Origin: Candidatus Kerfeldbacteria bacterium
GTDB taxonomy: Bacteria > Patescibacteriota > Patescibacteriia > SBBC01
Direction of reading: 5' to 3'
NCBI GenBank assembly: GCA_016207275.1
Contig: JACQPY010000018.1
Location: forward strand, 23,960 to 87,959
DNA length: 64,000 bases
Shown: one piece after another, positions 22,103 to 31,349 of the stretch
Layout of the letters: every line of letters begins with the position of its first letter
How positions within the stretch are numbered: the stretch's first letter is position 1
The notes under the pieces: generated by a model
Seen by the model: the letters and a program-made list of their open reading frames with translations, nothing else
Told to the model about the DNA's origin: nothing
Database searches by the model: none
Translations under genes and position numbers: made by a program

Positions 22103-23071
22103 ATGTCCATCAGACAGCGTCTCGGGATGACCCTGAGCGAAGTCGAAGGGTCAAAAGTTAAACGTAGTATTCTCCACGACACCGGCTCCCGCGGCTTCCT
22201 CAACCTGCCTAACCACCGCGACTTCAAGCGCTCGAAAGTCGTAGTCGTGCCGTTCGGTTTGGAAAAATCCGTCACCTTCGGCCATGGAACCTCAAAAGGT
22301 CCGGCCGCCATCATTGCGGCCAGTCACGAAGTCGAACTCTACGACGAACAGTTCAAAAACGAACCGTACAAACGTTACGGCATTGCCACCCTTAAACCAT
22401 TCCCCATACCCCACTCCCATCGTCGTGCACTAGAACTTCTCACCGATCTAACAGCCCGGTTGCTTCGACGTAAAAAATTCCCCATCATCCTCGGCGGCGA
22501 ACACTCGCTGACTGGCGGTTCAGTCGCTGGTATGGCCAAGGTTTTTGGCCGACGCGGTTTTAATATTCTCCACTTTGACGCACACACTGACCTACGACCG
22601 TCGTTTCAAGGCAACAAGCTAAGCCACGCCTCAGCCCTGCACCTGGCTATCCCCTACTTCCACCGTTTGGTTCAAATCGGCATCCGCAATACCTCCACCG
22701 AGGAACAGCCGATCATTCGCCGCTTGACCAAAGCCCGCCGTTTACAAATTTTCACCGCTGAGGACATTCTGCGTGCTAACAACACCGCCTACTTAACCAA
22801 AGCTATGGACTTTCTGCGAGACCGGCCAGTCTGGTTAACCTTTGACGTTGATGTCTTTGATCCGGCCATCATCGGTTCGAGCACTGGCACGCCCGAACCC
22901 GGCGGTTTATGGTGGTACGGCGTGCTTGACGCCCTCCAGGCAGCCACCAAACAACTCGACATTATCGGCGCCGAATTCGTCGAACTTTTGCCAAAACCGG
23001 GCCAGCAAGCGCCGGATTTTATCGTGGCCAAGCTCATCTACCAATTCCTGAATTTCAGGTTCGCGGCTTGA
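22103..23071 (+). CDS. speB: Agmatinase (ureohydrolase)
   Basis: GPAAI, LGGEHS, HFDAHTD, DVDVFDP, GTPEPGG; N-terminus contains the repeat-derived TLSEVEG. Confidence 0.88.
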   Translation: MSIRQRLGMTLSEVEGSKVKRSILHDTGSRGFLNLPNHRDFKRSKVVVVPFGLEKSVTFGHGTSKGPAAIIAASHEVELYDEQFKNEPYKRYGIATLKPFPIPHSHRRALELLTDLTARLLRRKKFPIILGGEHSLTGGSVAGMAKVFGRRGFNILHFDAHTDLRPSFQGNKLSHASALHLAIPYFHRLVQIGIRNTSTEEQPIIRRLTKARRLQIFTAEDILRANNTAYLTKAMDFLRDRPVWLTFDVDVFDPAIIGSSTGTPEPGGLWWYGVLDALQAATKQLDIIGAEFVELLPKPGQQAPDFIVAKLIYQFLNFRFAA

Positions 23072-23664
23072 TGCGGAAACCGGTTGACGATTTACGAAAG
23101 GACATCGTTTTCTCCGCGCACTTACGCCAACACGAATTCGCGTTCCATTCGACCTGGGGACTCTTCAGTCCGGAGGCGATTGATCCAGGATCTAAACTCC
23201 TGATTGATCACCTCGATGTGCGCCCCAACGATACCGCAATTGATCTCGGATGCGGATACGGGGCAATCGGCATCGCCGTGGCGCGTGAAGCGTCGGCGGG
23301 ATACGTTCACCTTGTTGATAAAGACTTCATCGCGGTTGAATACGCCAAAAAGAACATTGCCGTAAACGGCATCGCCAACGCCACCGCCTACCTAAGCAAT
23401 GGATTCAACGCCATTCCCAAGGATCAGCGGTTCGATCTCATTCTTTCAAATCTTCCAGCCAAGGTCGGTCGAGAACTCTACGATATATTCTTCCTTGATG
23501 CCAAAAACTTCCTCAAACCTGGCGGCCGGATCTACGTCGTCACCATTGCCGGCCTCAAGGAATTCATCAAGAAAAACTTCCACGAAATATTCGGGAATTA
23601 CGACAAAGTAAAACAAAATGGCACGCACGTCGTCGCCCGAGCAGTGAAGCGCTCCCCGAGCTGA
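23071..23664 (+). CDS. Class I SAM methyltransferase (RsmC/MTS-like)
   Basis: GLFSP..IDPGS.LL, DLGCGYGAIG, ILSNLP. Confidence 0.88.
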   Translation: MRKPVDDLRKDIVFSAHLRQHEFAFHSTWGLFSPEAIDPGSKLLIDHLDVRPNDTAIDLGCGYGAIGIAVAREASAGYVHLVDKDFIAVEYAKKNIAVNGIANATAYLSNGFNAIPKDQRFDLILSNLPAKVGRELYDIFFLDAKNFLKPGGRIYVVTIAGLKEFIKKNFHEIFGNYDKVKQNGTHVVARAVKRSPS

Positions 23665-23747
23665 CGCTCGGGGTATCAGTCCTTTCGGGCTTTCGGAGCG
23701 CGGAACCCCGCACCCGTCCCGCCAGCGGGCGGGACTGGTGCGTGGGT
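23644..23747 (+). mobile_element. ~105-nt structured GTGAAG element, copy 2
   Basis: GTGAAGCGCTCCCCGAGC-TGAC-GCTCGGGG...GGAGCGC..AACCCCGCACC..ACTGGTGCGTGGGT. Confidence 0.7.
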
Positions 23748-24013
23748 CAAACGATCATAATCAGCGTTTGGCCTGTCTCGTCAGGAAACGCAGCTGGCGG
23801 GCCAAGTTCATCTATAAGTTTTTTTGAATTTTTGATTCGGTCGCTGACAGAAATATGTTATTCGCACGGACGGGCTGACCTCCAGTTTTCAGTCATAAAA
23901 TTCCTTAAAATATCAAACTCGCTGCAGGTGAGTCCGGCGTCCTTCCCCCAACCTACTCTGCTACCACCTCCGCCCTCTCCATCAACCACGCCAAAGTCAT
24001 AATTTTTGAGCAA

Positions 24014-24262
24014 TCACCTAAATGTAGCTCTACTTACTAAGTCGAATATTTCTGCATTGTTTCTAAAGGCCTCTAGCAGTTTAAGGTTGATTGTCCCTTC
24101 GGGATAATTAGTTTTTTCTTGAATCATTATCAGCTCAACCGTGGCCATAAGAAAGTCGCTGGAATATTCTCCATATTTATTCAAGTCTTCATACTCTTTT
24201 AGGTTGACTTTGGTGAAGAACTGGAATTCAGGCGGATATTTTTTCGAGGGTTGAATTTTCTG
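24014..24262 (-). pseudogene. C-terminal fragment of an unknown low-GC gene in the RM remnant
   Basis: Open frame QKIQPSKKYPPEF...VELIMIQEKTNYPEG...ATFR* with no start codon. Confidence 0.4.
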
Positions 24263-24263
24263 G

Positions 24264-24452
24264 TCAAGTTATTTCCTCGGTCAAATCTTCTGATAGGTCT
24301 TCCAATAACCACTTACGTCCACATTGACAACTTCGCATATAAGAATTTTGGTATTGCCCGCCAATTAACTTCAATACTACTTCTCTTCCGCATCCGCAGG
24401 TTATTGACTTGATTTGATTGTATGAATCACGCATTCGATCAACACTTTTCAA
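24264..24452 (-). CDS. Small Cys-rich hypothetical protein
   Basis: CGCG...CQCG; 62 aa. Confidence 0.4.
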   Translation of the reverse strand: MKSVDRMRDSYNQIKSITCGCGREVVLKLIGGQYQNSYMRSCQCGRKWLLEDLSEDLTEEIT

Positions 24453-24456
24453 TTAA

Positions 24457-25203
24457 TTATAACCGGCTACCATAATTGATATTGTTTTCCAGGCTCACAA
24501 TTTCGAAACTTTTAGCGTGCCATTCGGACAATCGCTCGTAGTCTATGAACTTTATTCTTGACTTGATTGGTACGAAAGCATTGAGTAATACTTTGGCCTC
24601 GAACTCTGACTTTCGAGCGCCGTTTGCAACAATGTAAAAATTCGTATTAAAATCTTGAAGTTCGATGAACTTCAACAGTGAGTTTTTAATATCAGTAGAA
24701 TGCTCAACCTCGAAGAAATACGCTGGCATTTTTCGCACATTAAACCAGCTGACGTCAACTGTTCGCGCCTTACGGATAATATGATCATAGCCGAATCGGT
24801 AAAAATCCCGTATGGTGGCAATCTCGCCAAGTTTCCTGTTTATAAATTTTCTATTTTTATCTTGACTCGGAACGAAAGTATAATATTTTTTCAAGTTGCC
24901 GATTTCAACCAATAAACCTTGGTAGTAGCTATGGTTAAATAACTCATGTTCTTTTTGAGAGACAAGTTCGGTTGGTAGTATCTCAAGTGGTATCCTCGTC
25001 CGATATGACCGCAGCGCCCAAAGACCGGGTTTAATTTTAAAGAAAAACCTCTTATCCTGGACGATGCGACGGATACTCGCGAAAGGAGTTTTTGTTTTCC
25101 ACTCAACGCCAGAAACTTTCAAAACTTCCTGATTGAGGTGGCCGAGTGTCGCGAACCCGCCGCTCCGTTCCATTACCTTAATTACTGCTTCGTGTTGTTT
25201 CAT
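24457..25203 (-). CDS. HARE-HTH plus PD-(D/E)xK-like nuclease, RM-associated
   Basis: WKTKTPFASIRR..GLWAL HTH; VDVSW..FEVEHST nuclease-like core. Confidence 0.7.
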   Translation of the reverse strand: MKQHEAVIKVMERSGGFATLGHLNQEVLKVSGVEWKTKTPFASIRRIVQDKRFFFKIKPGLWALRSYRTRIPLEILPTELVSQKEHELFNHSYYQGLLVEIGNLKKYYTFVPSQDKNRKFINRKLGEIATIRDFYRFGYDHIIRKARTVDVSWFNVRKMPAYFFEVEHSTDIKNSLLKFIELQDFNTNFYIVANGARKSEFEAKVLLNAFVPIKSRIKFIDYERLSEWHAKSFEIVSLENNINYGSRL

Positions 25204-25246
25204 ATTTGAAAATTGACAATAACATCAACACCCTTACTCTTTTGTC

Positions 25247-25435
25247 TCATTCGCTCTTATTGACGCTTACCTGCCGACCGGCATGAACAGTAAACCCGCC
25301 GTTTGAAAGATGGTACGGCGGGTCAGCAAAAATCATGTCCACCGAGTTCTCTTTGAGAAGCGGAAGTATCTTTAAACAACCACCACGATACAAAGTAAAC
25401 CGCTTGTCCTCATCTTGATAGCTGGGTCTTATCAT
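25247..25435 (-). pseudogene. Truncated beta-class adenine DNA methyltransferase (DpnA-like)
   Basis: SVDMIFADPPYHLSNGG..VSVNK then a stop at 62 aa. Confidence 0.8.
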
Positions 25436-25504
25436 TTTGCGCTTGTATGACTCCCTGTTGATATCTTACCCGAAGAAAAACCGAATGTCAATTTATGCGA
25501 AATT

Positions 25505-25608
25505 GTGAAGCTCCATGTCCCCACGGCCGTGGTTTCTCTCGATACGTGGTTCCGTGGAGCGAAACCCCGCATCCGCCCCGAGCAATGTCGAGGGGCTGGT
25601 GCGTGGGT
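25505..25608 (+). mobile_element. ~105-nt structured GTGAAG element, copy 3
   Basis: Near-identical to copy 1 over the first ~55 nt (GGCCGTGGTTTCTCTCGAT.CGTGGTTCCGTGGAGC). Confidence 0.7.
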
Positions 25609-25684
25609 AAGGATTTACTACTCTATGGTACGAGTTTTCCACACCAAAATCAAGAAAAAATCGCGGAAAGCTACAGACTAGCCA

Positions 25685-27172
25685 TTAACGCTTTGTAACC
25701 TTCACGAGCGTACGAATTTTGTTCGCCAATTCTTTCGTCAACAGCTTTTCACTGAACCGCCATTGCCAGTTGCCTGTTCTCGTCCCCGGCGTATTCATCC
25801 GCGCCTCGCTGCCGAGATTCAGCACGTCCTGAAGCGGCACGATGACCGTGTTGGCGCGACTGCGGTAGGCCGCGCGAATCATCCGCCAGGCAATGCTTGG
25901 TTCAGTCGCGTGAAAGAATTTCAATATGTTCTTGCGTTCGTGCCGCTGCGCGTCTTCGCCAAACCAGCCGCGGGTCGTGTTGTTGTCGTGCGTGCCGGTG
26001 TAGAGAACGGGGCGGCGACTGATGTTCCCGAGGGCGTGGATACTGCCCAGGTCGTCGAATCCGAACTGCAACACGCGCACGCCTGGGTATCCAAGCTGGT
26101 TGCGCAGCGCCACCACGTCATCAGTAATCACGCCAAGATCTTCGGCGATTAAGCGAGCGTGGGGCAGGGCGTGTCGAACGGCGCGAAAGAGTTCACGACC
26201 GGGAACCGGATACCAAGCCCCGTGACGGGCCGTCGGACTCTTCGCTCTGATGCCCCAGCCGGCCACGTATCCTCGGAAGTGATCAAGTCGGACGATGTCG
26301 TAGAGCTCAAACGAGCTTCTGAACCGGGCAATCCACCAGCGAAATCGTTCTTGCCGCAGGTGCTCCCAATCGTAGAGTGGATCGCCCCAGACCTGTCCGC
26401 GCCGGCTGAAGTAATCGGGCGGCACGCCGGCCACGAGCCGCGGCCGGCCGAGGTGATCGAGCATGAAGTTCTTCGGATCAGCCCAGGTATCGGCGCTGTC
26501 GCGCGTCACAAACAGCGGCAGGTCGCCGATTACCGAAATCCCGCGGGCGTTGGCGTACCGTTTGAGTGCTGACCACTGCCGTCGGAACAGCCACTGCCGC
26601 CACGCCTGAAAACGGATTTCTGCGCCCAGCCGTCTGCTCCAGGTGCGAACTGCTGCCGGCGTGCGTTTGCGAATCGGACCCGGCCAGCGGGTCCAGGGGA
26701 CGGTCAGACTAAAATGTTCTTTCAGGGCCGCAAAGAGCGCGTAGTCCTGAAGCCACGACCGCTGACTAATGACAAACGACTGAAATTGTCGTTGCTGGTA
26801 CGGCTGAGCGGCCACCGTAAAAACGTGGAATGCTTCTTCCAGCAGCCGCCGCTTTCGGTACTCAACCGAACGATAGTGAACTGGCTCGGCCGGGTCGGTC
26901 CATCCCTGGAGATGCGGTGGCAGGAGTCCGTCCTCGACTAAACGGGCAAGGCTGATCATCAACCAGTTACCGGCAAAGGCTGACGATGAAGCGTAGGGTG
27001 AACCAAGCTCGTCAGGAATAGTCAGCGGGAGGACTTGCCACACCCGCATGCCCGCCGATTTCAGGAAGTCAACAAACCGGTAGGCCGACGGGCCCAGGTC
27101 GCCAATACCAAAGGCGCTGGGCAGGCTGGTTGGGTGCAGCAGGACGCCAGCCCGCCGGGCAAAGAGGCTCAT
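25685..27172 (-). CDS. malQ: 4-alpha-glucanotransferase (GH77)
   Basis: GVLLHPTSLP, GVPPDYFS, RLDHFRG, IAEDLG, YTGTHDN, RMNTPG. Confidence 0.95.
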   Translation of the reverse strand: MSLFARRAGVLLHPTSLPSAFGIGDLGPSAYRFVDFLKSAGMRVWQVLPLTIPDELGSPYASSSAFAGNWLMISLARLVEDGLLPPHLQGWTDPAEPVHYRSVEYRKRRLLEEAFHVFTVAAQPYQQRQFQSFVISQRSWLQDYALFAALKEHFSLTVPWTRWPGPIRKRTPAAVRTWSRRLGAEIRFQAWRQWLFRRQWSALKRYANARGISVIGDLPLFVTRDSADTWADPKNFMLDHLGRPRLVAGVPPDYFSRRGQVWGDPLYDWEHLRQERFRWWIARFRSSFELYDIVRLDHFRGYVAGWGIRAKSPTARHGAWYPVPGRELFRAVRHALPHARLIAEDLGVITDDVVALRNQLGYPGVRVLQFGFDDLGSIHALGNISRRPVLYTGTHDNNTTRGWFGEDAQRHERKNILKFFHATEPSIAWRMIRAAYRSRANTVIVPLQDVLNLGSEARMNTPGTRTGNWQWRFSEKLLTKELANKIRTLVKVTKR

Positions 27173-27181
27173 GCCGATATG

Positions 27182-29161
27182 TTACTTCAGGCGGACGGCG
27201 CGAATCAAATCGTTGATCTGATCGGCGACCAGCAGGTAGGTCGAGGTCAGCATCACCATGCCGCGGGGGTTATGGAACGTCGCCACGGTCGCCGCGCCAT
27301 CGGTACTGCCGCGTGAACCCGTCCCCGCCACCAAACTGATAGTCTGCCGGGCGAGGTCGATCCGCCGAATGCGCTGACCACCGATCTCGCTGACGAATAA
27401 GGTATTTTTCGTTCCCAGGGCTAACGAATCGGGCAGGCTCAGCCGCGCCGCAGGCAGTGACCCATTGCGATACCCGGCTTTTCCGGTTCCAACCAGCGTC
27501 GTCACCAACTTCGTCTTCAGATGAACGACGCGAATGGCGTGGTTGTCCTGGTCGACCACGTAGAGCTTCTTTCCATCAGGACTGAGCTGGAGCGCCACCG
27601 GCGTGTTGAACTGCGCGGCCGAGCCAACGCCGTTCTTGAAGCCGACCGTCCCGCCGGCGATGAGACGCGTCCGGCCGGTCCGCAGGTCGTAGGACCGAAT
27701 GCGGTGATTCTCCGTATCGGCTACGTAGATAAGGTTGCCGCCACGGGAAATGGCAATACCCATCGGCCGGTTGAAGTAGGCGCAGCCGGCCACGGCCCGA
27801 TTCATTTCCAACGGACAGCCACGTCCTTCAGCGTAGCCATTGTTATCACCGGCAAACTGGTTGACCGCCCCGGCACCGGCCAGGGTCGTCATTCGCTGGT
27901 CGGCCACGGCCAGCACGCGAATGCGGTTGTTGTTGCGGTCGGCGAAATAGAGCTTGGTGCCGTCCGGCGAACTGACCATCTGCGTGGCGCCGCTCAGTCG
28001 CGCCTCGTCGCCGACGCCGTCGCGCCAGTTGTCATTGGCGTGTCCGGCCAGCAGGCGGAGCGTCTTGGTCTTCAGCGTAAACTCTTTTATCTTCTGATTC
28101 TCCAGCAGGTAGACTTTGGACCGGTCTTTCGATACGACCAGCGACTTCGGCCGACCAAGCACGGCTGACCGCCAAAAACCATCTTGATCGCCGTAGCGGT
28201 GCTGGCCGGCGATTCGTTCGGCGTTGGTGCCGTCGACGTTCAACCGAAAAACGCTCGATCCGGACGAGAAGAGCAGGTACATTTTGTCGTTGCAGAACAG
28301 GATGTCCGAGGCATGGTTGTACCACTCGGTTTCCGGCACATTGGCGATGCGGGTGATGATCCCGACGGCTGGATCGTACTTCCAGATCTCGTTATGTATT
28401 CCCTTTGGTCCGGCGACCACGTAGACCTGTCCGTTGTAGACGGCCACGCCTTCAGCGTTTTCCAGATCAGTCTTGATCGACACGATGGTACCGGTTGAAA
28501 TACTGACCTTCGAAAAGCTGGTGCTGTTGTGCACCACGTACAGCGTGTCGCCGGACACGGCCAGCTTCCATGGTCGGGTGATGGTGGCCACGAGCTGCGC
28601 CAAGCCGTCTGGCGTCGTGGCTTTGAGAATGCGGTTGTTGTTGGTGTCGGCAATGTAGGCGGTGGTCCCGTCGATGGTTATGCCGGCCGGCCGCTTCAGT
28701 CCGCTCAGCCAGGTGCTGATTGTGCTGTCAGTTATAATCCGAATCCGGTCGTTCTCGGTGTCGGCCACGTACAACCGACCATCAGCGCCCCGGTCAATGT
28801 CGTACGGCGCGCGAAACGTGGCGTTTAAGGCCACGCCGTCATCGTGGCGGTAGGCGCCGGTGCCGGCCAAGCGCGTGATGACATTGGTGCTGACCGTAAT
28901 CTTCCGCACCATGTTGTTCATGGTGTCGGCCAAGGTCAGGTTGCAGCTGGCATCGGCCACAAAACCATTCGGATTATCGAGAAAGGCATCCCGCGCATCA
29001 ACGCCCTCGCCAGCGAATAGCTGCCCAAACCAGGTCGTGGTCGTGCCGGTCAGGTGTTTGGCCTGGACGGTGAGGGGAGCGAAAAGACCAACCAGCAACA
29101 GCCACGTGCTGAGGCCAGCAATCAAACGCAATCGTATCATCCTCCTACGTACGCCAGTCAT
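27182..29161 (-). CDS. Secreted NHL-repeat beta-propeller protein (paralog 1)
   Basis: Signal peptide; repeated LYVADT.N.RIR and AG.G..G..DG....A.F..P motifs. Confidence 0.85.
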   Translation of the reverse strand: MTGVRRRMIRLRLIAGLSTWLLLVGLFAPLTVQAKHLTGTTTTWFGQLFAGEGVDARDAFLDNPNGFVADASCNLTLADTMNNMVRKITVSTNVITRLAGTGAYRHDDGVALNATFRAPYDIDRGADGRLYVADTENDRIRIITDSTISTWLSGLKRPAGITIDGTTAYIADTNNNRILKATTPDGLAQLVATITRPWKLAVSGDTLYVVHNSTSFSKVSISTGTIVSIKTDLENAEGVAVYNGQVYVVAGPKGIHNEIWKYDPAVGIITRIANVPETEWYNHASDILFCNDKMYLLFSSGSSVFRLNVDGTNAERIAGQHRYGDQDGFWRSAVLGRPKSLVVSKDRSKVYLLENQKIKEFTLKTKTLRLLAGHANDNWRDGVGDEARLSGATQMVSSPDGTKLYFADRNNNRIRVLAVADQRMTTLAGAGAVNQFAGDNNGYAEGRGCPLEMNRAVAGCAYFNRPMGIAISRGGNLIYVADTENHRIRSYDLRTGRTRLIAGGTVGFKNGVGSAAQFNTPVALQLSPDGKKLYVVDQDNHAIRVVHLKTKLVTTLVGTGKAGYRNGSLPAARLSLPDSLALGTKNTLFVSEIGGQRIRRIDLARQTISLVAGTGSRGSTDGAATVATFHNPRGMVMLTSTYLLVADQINDLIRAVRLK

Positions 29162-29212
29162 ATTTTTGCGATTCACACTATACCACACTATGGTAGAGGG
29201 AGACAATCATAA

Positions 29213-29236
29213 AGGCGGGATCGTTATCCCGCCCTT
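29213..29236 (-). terminator. Probable intrinsic terminator between the NHL paralogs
   Basis: ggcgggat-aacg-atcccgcc followed by TTTAT on the minus strand. Confidence 0.55.
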
Positions 29237-29262
29237 GCTATAACGTCAGGCTGGGTATTTTG

Positions 29263-31269
29263 TTACTTTGGGAGCTTGATCAGCCGAATGAGGTCGTTGA
29301 CGACGTCAGCCACCAAGAGTGTCTTGGCGGACAGCAAGACCATGCCCTTCGGGTTGTTAAACGTCGCTTTATCAGCCCGGCCGTTAGCGCTCCCGCGTTG
29401 ACCAGAGCCGGCCACCAGCGAAATCTCTTTTTTCTTGAGGTCAAGTTGCCGAATCCGCTGCGAGCCGACTTCGGAAAGTAAAATGGTATTGCTATTTGGC
29501 CCGAACGCGAGCGAGTCGGGGAAGGAGAGGCGAGCTTTCTTAAACGTTCCCTCTCGATATCCAGCCTTACCAGTGCCGACCAGCTTAGTGACGCGCTTGG
29601 TGGCCAGATCAATCTTGCGAATGGCCTGGTTGCCGGAATCGATGACGTACAGCGTTTTCCCGTCCTGGCTTAGCAGGATGCTGGTCGGACCCTTGAACCG
29701 GGCGGCCGAGCCGACGCCGTTCTTAAATCCCTTCTCGCCGCCAGCCAGCAGGGCGGTGGCGCCAGTCGCTACGTTGACCGTTCGGATACGCTGGTTGTCG
29801 CCGTCGCTGACGTAGAGCGTCTTGCCGTCGCCTGAGATGGCAATGCCGTGCGGCCGGTCGAAGTACGCACATCCAGTAACGCCTTTGTCGGTCGTTGAGC
29901 AGGCCGCTCCCTCGGCGTAGCCGTTGCGTTCACCGGCAAACTGGTTGATCGCCCCGGCGCCGGTTAGCGTTTCCAGACGGGCTTCGTCGATGATCAGCGA
30001 ACGAATACGGTTGTTATTTTTATCGGCAAACCAGATCCGTTTCCCGTCGGGCGACAGGACCGCCTGATTCGGTCCGCTGGTCCGCGCCTGATTGCCGACG
30101 TTATCCCGCCAGTTGTCCATCGGGCTGCCGGCGATGAAGGACAACTTCTGGGTGGCAAAATCAAATACCTTGAAGCGATGGTTTTCGACGATGTAGAGCT
30201 TATCTTTATTCTTGGACAAGATCAGCACCTTCGGCCGACCGAGCACCAAGTCGCTGACCCCGCCGTCGGTATCGCCGTACCGGTGAATGCCGGCGATCTT
30301 TACGGGATTCGTCCCATCGGGCTCGAGCCGGAAGATGCTCGATCCCGAAGAGAACAGGAGGTACATCTTGTCTTTGCAGAAGAGGATGTCCGAGGCATGG
30401 TTGTACCATTCAGTCTCGACGACGCGGATAAGCATGACGATCTCGCCGGTCGCCGGATCGTAACGCCAGATTTCGTTGTACATGCCGCGATCGCTCGCAA
30501 CGAAGTAGATCTTATCGTTGTACGCAGCAACGCCCTCGAGGTCGGTGAGTCCGTCCTTGATCGTTGTCGTCTCGCCGGTTGACGGATTGACTTTTGCTAA
30601 TGCCGTGTTGTCGAGGTATGTTACGTACAGCGTCGAACTCGAAGCACCAGTGGGCATGACCGAAATCATCCCGTTTGGATGTACAAGGTTCGTCACTACC
30701 GTCGGACTGCCGTTCGGAGCGGTTGCTTTGACAATACGGTTATTCCCGGTGTCGCTGACGTAGAGCGTCGAACCGTCAATGGCGCTTCCCTTCGGTCGCT
30801 TGAGGTTTTTGAGCCACGTGGAGACGACACCGTCTCGAAGGATTCGCACGGCCCCGTTCTCCGTGTCGGTGATAAAGACTTCCCCGCTCGGTCCAAGCTC
30901 GACGTCGCTCGGCCAGCGGAACGAGGATGAGGCTGCCGCGCCGTCTTTCAACAGGAAGTGGCCGTTCCCGGCGATGGTCGACATGACGTTCGTGGTCCCG
31001 TCGACGCGGCGGATGACGTTGTTGAGCGTATCGGCGATGGTGAAGGTACAATTCGCATCAGCGACAAAGCCCTCAGGATTGTCGAGGTAAGCGCTGTTTG
31101 CCTCCACCCCATCACCGGCGTAGAGCCGGCCAAGGAAAGTACTGACCGTGCCGTACTTCTTCTTGGCCTTTTTAGTCGCGGCCTCGGCCGACGCCGGTAC
31201 CACAAGCAGCCCCACGGTCATCAAGGCGAGCAGTGGAACGGCAATGAAGCGGAGTGTGCGTGTTTTCAT
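29263..31269 (-). CDS. Secreted NHL-repeat beta-propeller protein (paralog 2)
   Basis: Colinear with paralog 1 (shared ETEWYNHASDILFC, KMYLLFSSGSS). Confidence 0.85.
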   Translation of the reverse strand: MKTRTLRFIAVPLLALMTVGLLVVPASAEAATKKAKKKYGTVSTFLGRLYAGDGVEANSAYLDNPEGFVADANCTFTIADTLNNVIRRVDGTTNVMSTIAGNGHFLLKDGAAASSSFRWPSDVELGPSGEVFITDTENGAVRILRDGVVSTWLKNLKRPKGSAIDGSTLYVSDTGNNRIVKATAPNGSPTVVTNLVHPNGMISVMPTGASSSTLYVTYLDNTALAKVNPSTGETTTIKDGLTDLEGVAAYNDKIYFVASDRGMYNEIWRYDPATGEIVMLIRVVETEWYNHASDILFCKDKMYLLFSSGSSIFRLEPDGTNPVKIAGIHRYGDTDGGVSDLVLGRPKVLILSKNKDKLYIVENHRFKVFDFATQKLSFIAGSPMDNWRDNVGNQARTSGPNQAVLSPDGKRIWFADKNNNRIRSLIIDEARLETLTGAGAINQFAGERNGYAEGAACSTTDKGVTGCAYFDRPHGIAISGDGKTLYVSDGDNQRIRTVNVATGATALLAGGEKGFKNGVGSAARFKGPTSILLSQDGKTLYVIDSGNQAIRKIDLATKRVTKLVGTGKAGYREGTFKKARLSFPDSLAFGPNSNTILLSEVGSQRIRQLDLKKKEISLVAGSGQRGSANGRADKATFNNPKGMVLLSAKTLLVADVVNDLIRLIKLPK

Positions 31270-31349
31270 TTAATCCTCCGGTTACGTGTGTTTTAGTTTT
31301 TATAGTGTAGCACAGCTAAGCTATTTCCGCAACCCCACACAATCGACCT

